A stretch of 64,000 bases of DNA, taken from Candidatus Bathyarchaeota archaeon. GTDB taxonomy: Archaea; Thermoproteota; Bathyarchaeia; 40CM-2-53-6; RBG-13-38-9. The DNA lies in NCBI GenBank assembly GCA_963807605.1, contig CAWECG010000001.1, forward strand, positions 224,001-288,000. The letters are read 5' to 3'. The translations under genes were made by a program, and so were the position numbers. Shown here in pieces: positions 21,223 to 30,848 of this stretch. Within the stretch, counting starts at the first letter, position 1. Each line of letters opens with the position of its first letter. The notes beneath the pieces were generated by a model. It saw only the letters and a program-made list of their open reading frames with translations. It did not search any database and was not told the DNA's origin.

Positions 21223-21457
21223 TTGCCTTGCATATACATTCTCGCTGGGAGAGCGGATCATGCTCAGGTTCACCTTTTGTTTACGCTAAGGCGTACTTCC
21301 ATTCACGAACCGTCTCTAACAGTACATAGGAGATCGACCCGTTCTTGGCATGCTCATTGGTTCAATAGAAAATCCACGGTCTGTCTATGAAGCTATCACA
21401 TGGGAGAGAAGAATCAAGAGACTCGGAAATGTTGTAAGTAATCTGTGTGGGATTTGA
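21223..21457 (+). pseudogene. Possible degraded GIY-YIG nuclease
   Basis: CIYIL in one frame; YIGDRPVL...RSVYEAITWERRIKRL in another, resembling the small GIY-YIG C-terminal pattern. Confidence 0.35.
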
Positions 21458-21625
21458 TTCATATCGTCTAACCAAGACACCTGATGACACAGGAGATTAC
21501 ATTATACAAGAACAACTAAAGCCGTAGTGCTTTCTTACAAATGTTCAACAATCCCTTTACTTGATCACCAATAACTTATATTCCCTAGATGGGGAGGTTG
21601 TACATACATTTGCGGTGACTAAGTT

Positions 21626-21817
21626 ATGGATCGACGAAGGGCGTTAGTTATTGCGGTTGGAGTCTTATTTATGGTCGCAAAAATTAAGAGAGAGTTTCCG
21701 TCGGCCTACGAACGTATCACTTCGGAAATGAGCATTACAGATCAAGAACTTATAGAAGCAAGCGAACTTGTACAAAAAGAAGTAGAGAAAGAAAAGCTAA
21801 GGGGCATGGCAACATGA
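21626..21817 (+). CDS. Small hypothetical protein
   Basis: 63-aa ORF with upstream CTTATAT box and GCGGTGA SD-like sequence. Confidence 0.55.
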   Translation: MDRRRALVIAVGVLFMVAKIKREFPSAYERITSEMSITDQELIEASELVQKEVEKEKLRGMAT

Positions 21818-22005
21818 CTGAGTATCCTCCTTGGTGAGGAGATATAGCAGAGTGTTTTGCTTGCGATGTGGAAGGGTTTTTTCGACGTGTAGATTGATAC
21901 GTGGAAATTCGCCAATCATATACTCACTGAGTAACGACGCGCTGCCTCGCGGACTTAATCGAAAAGTTATTGAAATTTGAGCGTATGAACAGTGTTGCGC
22001 ACGCC

Positions 22006-24081
22006 TTAGCGACCTGATTTCTCTTGTATCATTGCCAACCTGGATCTGCGTATTCTCTTAGCAACAACTGTGAGTGCAAATAATGGGCTCAGGATGTACA
22101 GCGTCGTTGATGAGAATGCTGCAAAAAGAAATGCGATTACGGATGCTGATGTTGGGTTGATGGATGCTACTGCATTATAGATGAAGGCTGTTGCATGTAT
22201 TGTGCCGACTAGCGGTAGTAAGAGAATTCTAAACGTGGCTTGTAGGCTGTTTGAACTAGCTATCCAACCGGCTACTGTGGGAGACCATGAATAATAGAAG
22301 CTATTCCACCCATTCACAAGTATCCTTCCGATACGGTTGGATCCTATCATCTCATCTCTGACAAGTCGCATATAGGCTACTTCGGGAGCCAGCCCACTTC
22401 CGTAAGCAGCAGTGGCAATTATACACGGAGGCGCGTTTGAGACGGACGGCGTACTAGTAGGTGGGCCCGCCTGAATCGTATAAGTTGAACCTGAAGTTTG
22501 AGACTTACCGTTAACATTCCAGAAGGATAAGTCATCCCGAGAATTTACATCAACACGATACCCATCCCTAACCCATACAACGAATTGGTAACCGCCAAGA
22601 TCAGCTGAAGTTGTCTTCCAAGTAAACACATTCAATGAAGACCATTCCTGAACAACACCCCATGCCCCCCCAACCTTAAGCCTCCAAAACCTGTACTGAA
22701 TCACAGCACTTACATTAGGACTATTTGCAGTACACGTAAACGTAATGGAGGAGCCGGCCTGCTGAGGCGACGGCTTATTCACGGTAAAGCTGATTATCGT
22801 CGCCTGATTAAAAGAAGGCGGATATGTACTCGTAGTAGTCGTTGTCGCAGACGAAGTCGTAGTCGCACTCGTAATAGTCGTAGTACTAGAAGAAGACGCA
22901 GTCGTCAAAGGATTAATGACGGAAGTCCCAGATACCTGAAGACCAGCTGCGCTCCACCCACTAGTTGCATACTCGCTTCCCTTACCAGGCGTTCCATACG
23001 AGAGATTGAGTGCAAAGTCATAAGTTCCTTGTGAGGCACCAGCCGGCACGTTAAACGCTCTTTTATACAACCCTGAACCTGGGGAGATGGACGCAACCAC
23101 GTCGTTAGAAGGGTCAGTGATCTCGTTCAGCGTTCCGTCGTTACGTATGCTTGCTCCAAGACCCACGTTTATGTTTGCCGAATTTGGATTGTATATGTAG
23201 TATTGAGCTTGGAAGCCACTGCCAGCGGCTACGCTCGCCGGGGTGATACTGCAGTTAACAAAGGTCGGAGGCACTTGCGGCAGATTCCAAGTATAGGTTA
23301 CAGCAAACCGGTCAGGCGAGGGAAGTGGGCCAGGCTGCGCTTTTACGTCCAAAGTTGAAGTGTCAACCATGAGAAGCTGGGTGGGAGAAAAAAAGCCAAG
23401 ATTATTTTTACTGCCGATATACGCGGAAGCTCCGTAAAAAATCGTATCACTTGTTTGAGGAAGGGTGGCTAGTCGATTATTGATAGTAGTAGCCTCAAAA
23501 ATCCATTCAGCTGAGCTGAATGAAGATGCGTAAGAGATCGTTTGATCCCAGCCATTAGGGGTAGTCAGATCATGGATTACAACATGCCATTGTCCAGATC
23601 CTTGGTATTGAATAGTCGCATTCATAATGTCTCCAGGATTTACATTGAACACGCTTACCAAAGAGGCAGGCAGAATCTCGTACCAAGCATAATATCTCAT
23701 ATTCCCACTTGAATCGATCTCCTGTGCTGTTCCAGTCTGAATAAGATCCTGTGTGTTAAATCCCCCCACTCCTATCCAAGCAGAAGAATAAGCCGGTCTT
23801 GGGGACGATGAACTCACAGTAGGTACTGTCCATTGCCCCCATATATCGAGGACTTGTGATGTGCCTATTTTCGAGATAGCATACCCAGCCCAATTCGAAG
23901 AATATGCAAGGGCCTGTAATCTGCTGCTCATTTGTCCCGCTTGGGGTAAACCTTCGGGACGGACATGAATGCAAGGGGCTGAAACTGTGCCTATCGTCGG
24001 CGGTGTAGCAGATTGAAGGCATGGAACCGCTAAACAGGCAGAAACCATTATGACGAATAATAGACTAGCGCGTGGCCACAA
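22006..24081 (-). CDS. Secreted G1 (eqolisin) glutamic peptidase with Ig/Y_Y_Y domain, Thr linker and CFI-box-CTERM-like tail
   Basis: SSNWAGY, SAWIGVGG, LIQTGT (Gln), SAEWIFE (Glu); C-terminal CIIATAAYGS...VRD...YYSWSP. Confidence 0.85.
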   Translation of the reverse strand: MWPRASLLFVIMVSACLAVPCLQSATPPTIGTVSAPCIHVRPEGLPQAGQMSSRLQALAYSSNWAGYAISKIGTSQVLDIWGQWTVPTVSSSSPRPAYSSAWIGVGGFNTQDLIQTGTAQEIDSSGNMRYYAWYEILPASLVSVFNVNPGDIMNATIQYQGSGQWHVVIHDLTTPNGWDQTISYASSFSSAEWIFEATTINNRLATLPQTSDTIFYGASAYIGSKNNLGFFSPTQLLMVDTSTLDVKAQPGPLPSPDRFAVTYTWNLPQVPPTFVNCSITPASVAAGSGFQAQYYIYNPNSANINVGLGASIRNDGTLNEITDPSNDVVASISPGSGLYKRAFNVPAGASQGTYDFALNLSYGTPGKGSEYATSGWSAAGLQVSGTSVINPLTTASSSSTTTITSATTTSSATTTTTSTYPPSFNQATIISFTVNKPSPQQAGSSITFTCTANSPNVSAVIQYRFWRLKVGGAWGVVQEWSSLNVFTWKTTSADLGGYQFVVWVRDGYRVDVNSRDDLSFWNVNGKSQTSGSTYTIQAGPPTSTPSVSNAPPCIIATAAYGSGLAPEVAYMRLVRDEMIGSNRIGRILVNGWNSFYYSWSPTVAGWIASSNSLQATFRILLLPLVGTIHATAFIYNAVASINPTSASVIAFLFAAFSSTTLYILSPLFALTVVAKRIRRSRLAMIQEKSGR

Positions 24082-24093
24082 ATATCTACACTA

Positions 24094-24489
24094 CTAAAGG
24101 ATGGTTAGACTGGAAACGTCAATCCCAGAAAAACTTGCATTTACAACGACGGTGCCCCTGATTACGACACGCGTCCCATTTAGGCTCTGAAGCGTGGAAG
24201 GCATTATATTTGCGTGAGAAAGATTTAGTGCGATGTAACTTGCTCCAACCTCATCACGCAAAACATAATTACTATCCATGCTAACAAACGAACCTATCAC
24301 GGTAACGTTCTTCCCCTCAGAAGGAGTCAAGTTTCCGGCTACGCTGGAAACAGACGTTATGACGCCTTGTGCCACGTTGGATCCCTGAAACCTCGTTCCC
24401 CCTTCAAATCCAACAAGTGCCGAAACTAAGCCAATGCCAATCAAAAGCAGACACACGGATAATTTCGAGATTTCCAAAAAAAAATCCAC
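24094..24489 (-). CDS. Membrane-anchored hypothetical protein, possible OB-fold
   Basis: N-terminal TM; GKNVTVIG...GTRVVIRG pattern. Confidence 0.55.
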   Translation of the reverse strand: MDFFLEISKLSVCLLLIGIGLVSALVGFEGGTRFQGSNVAQGVITSVSSVAGNLTPSEGKNVTVIGSFVSMDSNYVLRDEVGASYIALNLSHANIMPSTLQSLNGTRVVIRGTVVVNASFSGIDVSSLTIL

Positions 24490-24541
24490 TTATATTTATT
24501 TGATCACGTGTTCTATAAAGATTATACCAAGCGTTGTGTTG

Positions 24542-25307
24542 CACTACTGGTTCTTACGTTTTCTTTCTGGGTTACTTATGGGTTTCGGATTAGTCCTGTG
24601 AGGAGGTCGTGGGCGTGCGTAATTTCGTTCTCTCACATCTCTGCAGAAACAAGCGCGCGGCAAATATCATGGGAGGAGAGAGATTCCACTACGTGCTTAG
24701 AGCAGGGCTACCCTTCTGCTTTGCCAGTAGTGGAAGTGCGCCGCCTATGATGCCGAGTATCGCACCGAGAATGATTAGCCCACGCGCGATAAAGAAAACG
24801 CCCATAAACCCTACGAAAAGACTAACGATGGAGAAGATCACTATCAGAGTTGCCCATCTGGTTGCTTGCGCAGGACGCCTGTTGAACATGAGAGCAGAAA
24901 TCAATACAATTATCCCTGAAACAAAGACAATTCCAAGAATCCACGTTCCTCCCATTGCGCCGTAAGCTGGTCGTGCCATTGCACTACCCGTTCCACCTAT
25001 GGCAGACCGTGTAGCGTTACCTATTCCACCCATGCCAGGCCGCGTACCACGGTATGTTCCCCCCGTCCTCAAAAGTCTCCGCACCGCTGTGTAGAGGCCG
25101 CCTAGAATAATCAAGATGCCCCCGACTAGTGAGACTAAAAATGGTGTTCGCGCGCGTTTTGTCGGCTTAATTTCTGACATTTTTTCACCCATGTAAAGCG
25201 TTTCACTACTAGCTCTTAAGTTTTCTTTCTGGGTTACTTGTTCTCTGTGTCGTTTCGCGTTGTGGGTTTCGGGTTAGTTCTGTGAGGAGGTTGTGCGCCT
25301 GCGTAAT
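24542..25307. repeat. Diverged direct repeat: 24542-24623 and 25204-25307
   Basis: Shared CACTACT..GTTTTCTTTCTGGGTTACTT..TGGGTTTCGG.TTAGT.CTGTGAGGAGGT..GCGTAAT. Confidence 0.75.
24689..25192 (-). CDS. Membrane protein (4 TM) with Gly-rich loop
   Basis: FLVSLVGGILIIL...GAILGIIGGAL pattern, similar to the TM domain of 55546-56535. Confidence 0.7.
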   Translation of the reverse strand: MGEKMSEIKPTKRARTPFLVSLVGGILIILGGLYTAVRRLLRTGGTYRGTRPGMGGIGNATRSAIGGTGSAMARPAYGAMGGTWILGIVFVSGIIVLISALMFNRRPAQATRWATLIVIFSIVSLFVGFMGVFFIARGLIILGAILGIIGGALPLLAKQKGSPALST

Positions 25308-26230
25308 GCGTGCGCGTTCCGCAGCATTGAGAATCCAGCAGTGATGTGACCGGTGCTACCGTTTACCGTGGCGTAGCCGATGACGTTGCCGTTGGCATCC
25401 ATGAGGGGCACATTGTAAATGTATCCGAGTTGCTTTGGCTCTCCAGTATTCCAGCCCTGAGTCATGGAATTTTGGACTGCTTTCACAGCATCTGCAGAAG
25501 TTGGGGTATTGATCTTTCCCAAGGGCACATTCATGACTGCCGTACCATTGTATGTTACGTTCACTACCCACATGCTGCCCCTGTCCTTTGCACCACCGAC
25601 CATGAATGAATTCAACGCATCGCTTACTATGGTCTTCGCCTGGTCACTAGTTATCGTCAGTGTAATTGATGGTCTCGTGATGATTTTGCCATTTCTACCG
25701 TCAACCCTCACGTGGCCCACGACTGTATTATTAGAGTTAAGGAGGGGTACACTGTATATGACTCTCATCAGTCTGGGCGTTCCAGCCTGCCAACCCTTGC
25801 CTAACGATCCTTCTACGATGCTCTTTGCCTGATCCGCAGTCGAGGCACCAGTCTGGTTAGACACACGTATCGATGTGACCACACCTTTTCCGTCCTCGAT
25901 CGGGACAATCCAGCCTGCCCTAAGAGGGACGGGGGTGTCCACTGTGAAGTTTTGGATATCGGCACTGACCACTGTCTTGGCCTGTGCAGAGTTTATGGTC
26001 ACATTCCCAGACAAACTCTGGTTCCATTGCGTGCCTGCAGAAAAGTTTCCATGCATGTGGAGGAACATGCCTCTCCTTGCCTGATTGAACATAGACCAAG
26101 ACCTGTCAGAACATGCCTGGCCTGACCCCGGGTTTGTTGCCGTTGTGAATGTTACGCTTACCGCTAGTGCTGAACCTATTATTGCTGCGATAATCACTAC
26201 CACAGTTAGAGTTTCGATTTTACGATTCAT
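25274..26230 (-). CDS. Secreted protein with internal PepSY-like repeats
   Basis: Signal anchor; repeated T.DQAK.IV and YxVPL..N..V.G..V.GxxGxI units. Confidence 0.7.
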   Translation of the reverse strand: MNRKIETLTVVVIIAAIIGSALAVSVTFTTATNPGSGQACSDRSWSMFNQARRGMFLHMHGNFSAGTQWNQSLSGNVTINSAQAKTVVSADIQNFTVDTPVPLRAGWIVPIEDGKGVVTSIRVSNQTGASTADQAKSIVEGSLGKGWQAGTPRLMRVIYSVPLLNSNNTVVGHVRVDGRNGKIITRPSITLTITSDQAKTIVSDALNSFMVGGAKDRGSMWVVNVTYNGTAVMNVPLGKINTPTSADAVKAVQNSMTQGWNTGEPKQLGYIYNVPLMDANGNVIGYATVNGSTGHITAGFSMLRNAHALRRRTTSSQN

Positions 26231-26445
26231 AATTCTTCACTGGCGTATCAGCGTGCTGAACTTGGGATATGTACGTTGCGGTACATTGTTAGTGAACAAT
26301 GTTAATCCAATAGTTATGTGCGAGCGTGGAGGATTGTGGTTGTTCTAGTCAGATCATCAAACAGGAACCCATCGAACATATGTTAGTACGATCGCGTCGT
26401 TTCCTAGTCTGAACAGGTAACCTAACACGTGCTTTGCATTCATTG

Positions 26446-27147
26446 TTACTCTAGTGAGTACTCGAGGAGCACGTTGTAACCGAACGCTTCTTTGTCTTCC
26501 ACTCTGCCTTTCGGTATTATCCTCACTATCTTTGCGCCATTGCTATCGTGCATTCCAATCACCAGATCGAAAAGCCTTTCTCCCGCTTTTCTAGGCTGGC
26601 CGTCCCTGCCAAGAGTCAAATATCTTTGGATAGGCATCAATCTTAGGAATTCCTCATCACTCAAGTTCTCATAAAACTTGTTTTTGAAGTACCTGTAGCT
26701 TGCAGGTCTGCTGTAGGCATAGACTCTCTTCAAACCTAATCTCCTCGCTAGATCTGCTTGGGCTTTAACCAACAGCCTGCCGATATTCAGTCCCCTTGCT
26801 TCTGATCCTACTCCGACTGAAAAACACACTAATGAGTTTCCATGGGGGTTATGTGAGTTCCTAATCCTACCGTTGTCAGTGACTTCCATCCAAGAGGAGG
26901 GTACGTCTTCGGGCAAGTCTGACTGAATAATTAGCGAGCTGATTATCCCAGCCAGTTCATCGTTCAAGTAGCCCCCGATCTCACCTTCAGGGAACACTCT
27001 AAATCTTTCTTTGAAATCTTCTTTGGTACTTCCGAGTCCAGAACCCCAAGCAAGATTGTTAATCTCCACTATTTGGTTCAAATCCTTCAGATCGGCTTGT
27101 CTTATGGTAACCTTATTACTAGTCGAGGTACCGCCTCTTGAAATCAC
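26446..27147 (-). CDS. GNAT-family acetyltransferase
   Basis: IRQADLKD, FPEG, VGVGSEARGLNIGRLL acetyl-CoA motif. Confidence 0.85.
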   Translation of the reverse strand: MISRGGTSTSNKVTIRQADLKDLNQIVEINNLAWGSGLGSTKEDFKERFRVFPEGEIGGYLNDELAGIISSLIIQSDLPEDVPSSWMEVTDNGRIRNSHNPHGNSLVCFSVGVGSEARGLNIGRLLVKAQADLARRLGLKRVYAYSRPASYRYFKNKFYENLSDEEFLRLMPIQRYLTLGRDGQPRKAGERLFDLVIGMHDSNGAKIVRIIPKGRVEDKEAFGYNVLLEYSLE

Positions 27148-27315
27148 TTTGTCTCACCCTTACAGATGGTGTATACATTAATAGACACTAATTCGCGGAG
27201 TGAGACATAAAAGTTCATAGCAAACAATAGTAGGCGCTTGATCCAAGTCGTGCTTATTTTAGCCAATATGACCAATCAACGATCAAGCCGCGAGTAAGGC
27301 TATCCACTAAAAATT

Positions 27316-27334
27316 TGGTGGGCTGGGGGGAGTT
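27316..27334 (-). other. tRNA 3'-end fragment, possible att site
   Basis: Minus strand AACTCCCCCCAGCCCACCA = T-stem 3' half + acceptor 3' half + CCA; no upstream tRNA body. Confidence 0.5.
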
Positions 27335-28185
27335 TTAGACCCATCCGGGCATAAAATCCTCACCTTTTTCATAGAAAAATCCATTCCAGACGTATCTCCT
27401 TTGTATAATACAGTATTGTAGCCTAAATTGTTTCTCACTGCTACAATTAGCTCGATGGTATGGTAAGTGTTTTTGCAGAAAAAGCGCTCAAACCATTTTT
27501 ATGCGCGCTCATATTTGCAGTCTGGGCATAGTGAAGATTTAATCTATGAAAAATCCTGGAAAAAAAAGAAAAATAATTATTGATAAATGGATAATTATGT
27601 TATTGTCAGGCCTAGAGAAATCTCCTCGCCAAAGCGCTATTTCATAATGTGGACGTTAGCGCGATTGAGGATAGCCTGGATGCGAAGCCATAATGCCCCA
27701 TTTGTGGGCGAATAGGCGCATGCCAAACATGCTCATCCAGGAACAAAGATAGAAGAGCGACCTTCACATAGGCACGTACAAGCTTATATTTTACGAAAAT
27801 AATGAATCGGCTGGATCTGTAAATCATGCCAAAACAGAAAAGTATTAGACATCCTAAGAAAGGCAAAAAGGACAACAGAAGTCGTCCCTACAAGCGCGCG
27901 AGTTATTGAATGCGTCCTTTTCAGATGTCTTAACTCGTCATGCTACATACACTTGTTGATGCGCCTTTGAGATGTGTATGCAAAGAGGGTGGCTGTGATG
28001 GGCTACTATCCGAAGTGCCGTGCGCAATTCGTTGAGTTATAATCCGCCTGCTCCTACTGTCTTGTTCCGCTAAGAAATGCGAAGTACGAGGACCGGATTC
28101 GGTCGACTGCAAGGATCGAAGAATTTTACTGTTGACTGCGTCGTCCCGGAGTTTGGTGCTCACACAAATTAAGCGCGCTGTAGGT

Positions 28186-28383
28186 TTAAGATACTTCGCG
28201 ATAAGTCAAATCTACTATCTTTGCTTTAGAAGCGTTGGCTTTAATCGACTCTACTCCGTTCATGCAACCAGTCTTTGACTCGTAGGCTTCACTTGCTGCT
28301 GCTATCTCACCATTAGGAGCTATCAGTCTGAACCTGAACTTTCCCGCAGAATCTTTGTACACTTCAAATTTTGGCTCATCCAT
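28186..28383 (-). CDS. YegP/DUF1508-family small protein
   Basis: KFEVYKDSAGKFRFRLIAPNGEIAAASEAYESKTGCMNGVESIK. Confidence 0.92.
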   Translation of the reverse strand: MDEPKFEVYKDSAGKFRFRLIAPNGEIAAASEAYESKTGCMNGVESIKANASKAKIVDLTYREVS

Positions 28384-29082
28384 TCAGTCTCTCTTCCCGG
28401 AACTATAGTGTGTGGAAGACTTATTAAATATGTTTTATTTGACTAGCGCGTCCGCTCGTTTCTACGATAAGCAATGTCAGAATGACCTATTCCACAAAAT
28501 TGAAACCGATGTTAATGATATTAGTTGGTGAGCGACGACAACACAAGATCGCTTGCTACGCTAGAGGCCACTTCGTGTTTATAGGGACAGTCGCTCAAAT
28601 GCTCTTGAACCAGAGAAACGGGAGGTGACGGGAGAAGAAATGGATACAGATGAAGAAGAAATGGAAGAAGACGAAGATGATGAGGCTGAAGAAGAGGAAG
28701 ACCACACACATAGAGATAGCATCTTCTGAAAAAGAACACTGACTACCGTCGGATAAGCTAGAGCTCTAAGAGAGACTAACGCGGGCGCTAATAATATCGT
28801 GATTGCGAGGTTGGAATCTAAGCGGGGGTTGACCTAATCGTGTCCCCTTATTGTGAGCTACTCTGCCGACGCCGGTTATGTTTCCTGCTGGATATAGTCT
28901 TTCTTCTCTGTTTGTTCTTTTTCTTCTTGATCCGATATGTCATTCAACTCATCTCTTAACATCTGATTGACTGCAGATTCGTGTATGGGAGCGTATCCAT
29001 ATCATACTTGCGAATATTACGCACGCGCTCTTTGGTCTTGGATCCGATGCCCCCGCTCTCTCACATTCTCGAGGCTTTTACT

Positions 29083-29382
29083 TCAGAGTGATTTTGAGAG
29101 GGTTATCTCGATGGTTGAGACTGACCTCGTGCCACCTTCTTGCGTGGGCATCTCTTCTGTCCCAAGACTCACGCGTTCAACCCTGAGGTTCTTAATGAAC
29201 TTACGTCTAGTTATTTCCGCGACATCTACAGCGATCGATATGGCTTGCCCTCTAGCCTTAAGGGTGACTTCTTTTGTCTCTCCTCTACCGAAGATGGTTA
29301 TCACGGCCAACACATAGTCCATGATGCGCGCACGCCCTATGAATACCGAGTTAGGTTCCTTGGACAAGAGATCACCAAGCAC
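29083..29382 (-). CDS. albA: DNA/RNA-binding protein Alba
   Basis: VFIG...MDYVLAV, LKARGQAISIAVDVAE, VSTIEITL. Confidence 0.95.
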   Translation of the reverse strand: MLGDLLSKEPNSVFIGRARIMDYVLAVITIFGRGETKEVTLKARGQAISIAVDVAEITRRKFIKNLRVERVSLGTEEMPTQEGGTRSVSTIEITLSKSL

Positions 29383-29526
29383 TTCACGCGTAATAACGTG
29401 CTAACACAGATATAATATTGGTTGGTGAGCACACACCAGAATACTTACTGCTCGCTATGCTCGCAGAAGGTTATGAAAAAGAAAGTATGCTAGGAAGTTA
29501 CGAAAAAAGAAGGAGGGATGTTTTGG

Positions 29527-29830
29527 TTAGTCTCTTCTTCTCTTGACTACAACTGCGGATAGTGCAGCGGCTAGTCCTGCTAATGTTAGGTAGGGTGTTA
29601 GGATCTCAAGCTTGCTGGTTGGCAGGGTGACTCCGCCTACGGGTCTTGCGAGTAGCGGCTGTCAGTTAGGAACTTGGTCCGTGTAAGAATGGGGCTGCGA
29701 TTGAGTTATATCAACCGGGTTAGTGCCATCAGCATTCATCACCCATATGCTTTCAGATCTTCTAGTGAATGCGATCTTTGTTCCGTCAGGAGACCAAGCG
29801 GGGAAGTCATCTTCCAATCCACTAGGAGGG
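29527..29830 (-). pseudogene. 3' fragment of a TolB/PD40-repeat surface protein with PVGG-type C-terminal anchor, interrupted by TGA
   Basis: PAWSPDGTKIAF...IWVMNADG...DQVPN*QPLLARPVGGVTLPTSKLEILTPYLTLAGLAAALSAVVVKRRRD*. Confidence 0.8.
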
Positions 29831-30214
29831 GGGCTCACTTGCTTCCTACCTGAGGCGCGCGCTACCCGCGGGCGAATAGGGCATGCCCTCACAACATCCA
29901 GGCGAGCAGAAAGAACTAAAAAGAAACTTCACATAGGCGCGCTCTCTTGTTGAAGAGAGTGCGATTCCGCAAAGGCAGCAGACCAGTTAACGGCACCGCT
30001 GTGGAATCAGAGGTCCAAGGCGACATTCGTTGTTATTTCTTCGAAAGCTTCCACTTACCTGACATGTTGTAGGTTAATGATTATCAAGCTTATTTGGCTA
30101 CGCACGTAGGATGCTGAGACGCTCTTCACACACGCTGTCCACTATTTTCGGTTTTTCACCTACACATACTCGAAAATTCTTTTATCCTCATTGAGTTACC
30201 TTCTTGGCTGGTGA

Positions 30215-30478
30215 TTGGGAATGTCGCTCAACTGGGATCCGACGACGGTATCGAACCTAGTCTTTTGCATCATAGTGTTGGTGATGGGAGTCTGGGGCTA
30301 CCAGAAGAAAAAGGACAAAACACCTCTCTTCATAGGCGTCGCTTTCCTGTTCTTCGCTATCTCACATATCGCAACAATACTTGGCTCGGCTGCTGATTTG
30401 TCATATCCGCTACTCATCACACGTGTAATCGGTTACCTGGTAGTCATATATGCCCTGTACAAATACATCAAGCCCTAG
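30215..30478 (+). CDS. Small membrane protein (3 TM)
   Basis: Three hydrophobic helices; likely ATG at 30221. Confidence 0.7.
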   Translation: MGMSLNWDPTTVSNLVFCIIVLVMGVWGYQKKKDKTPLFIGVAFLFFAISHIATILGSAADLSYPLLITRVIGYLVVIYALYKYIKP

Positions 30479-30848
30479 GCAGACTCACACATCAACGACA
30501 ACTGTTACTAAGTTCCATCTTTTTTTGTTTCACAACTATTTTCTGACCTCGATCCTAATTACACATCAACAAAGTGCGCTAGAATCGATTTGGTGATAAG
30601 GCGCTCTCACGCGCGCCCTCGGCTACGAAATTCACGTAGGTTCACCCCAAGAATTCAAACCTAGTTACTAGTATCTGTGCTCTAACTCCGACGGGATTCG
30701 ATGCGTTAACGGTGCTGAAATTGGGCTCAAAACTCGCGTGGGTTCAAGCCTCGAAGGTTTTGACCCCAGCTCGCTAGACCGCTTGCCCAATGCAGGATCC
30801 TAGTTGATATAGCTGTACTCAGCTAGTCTCATCTGTGATTTTGGAGCT

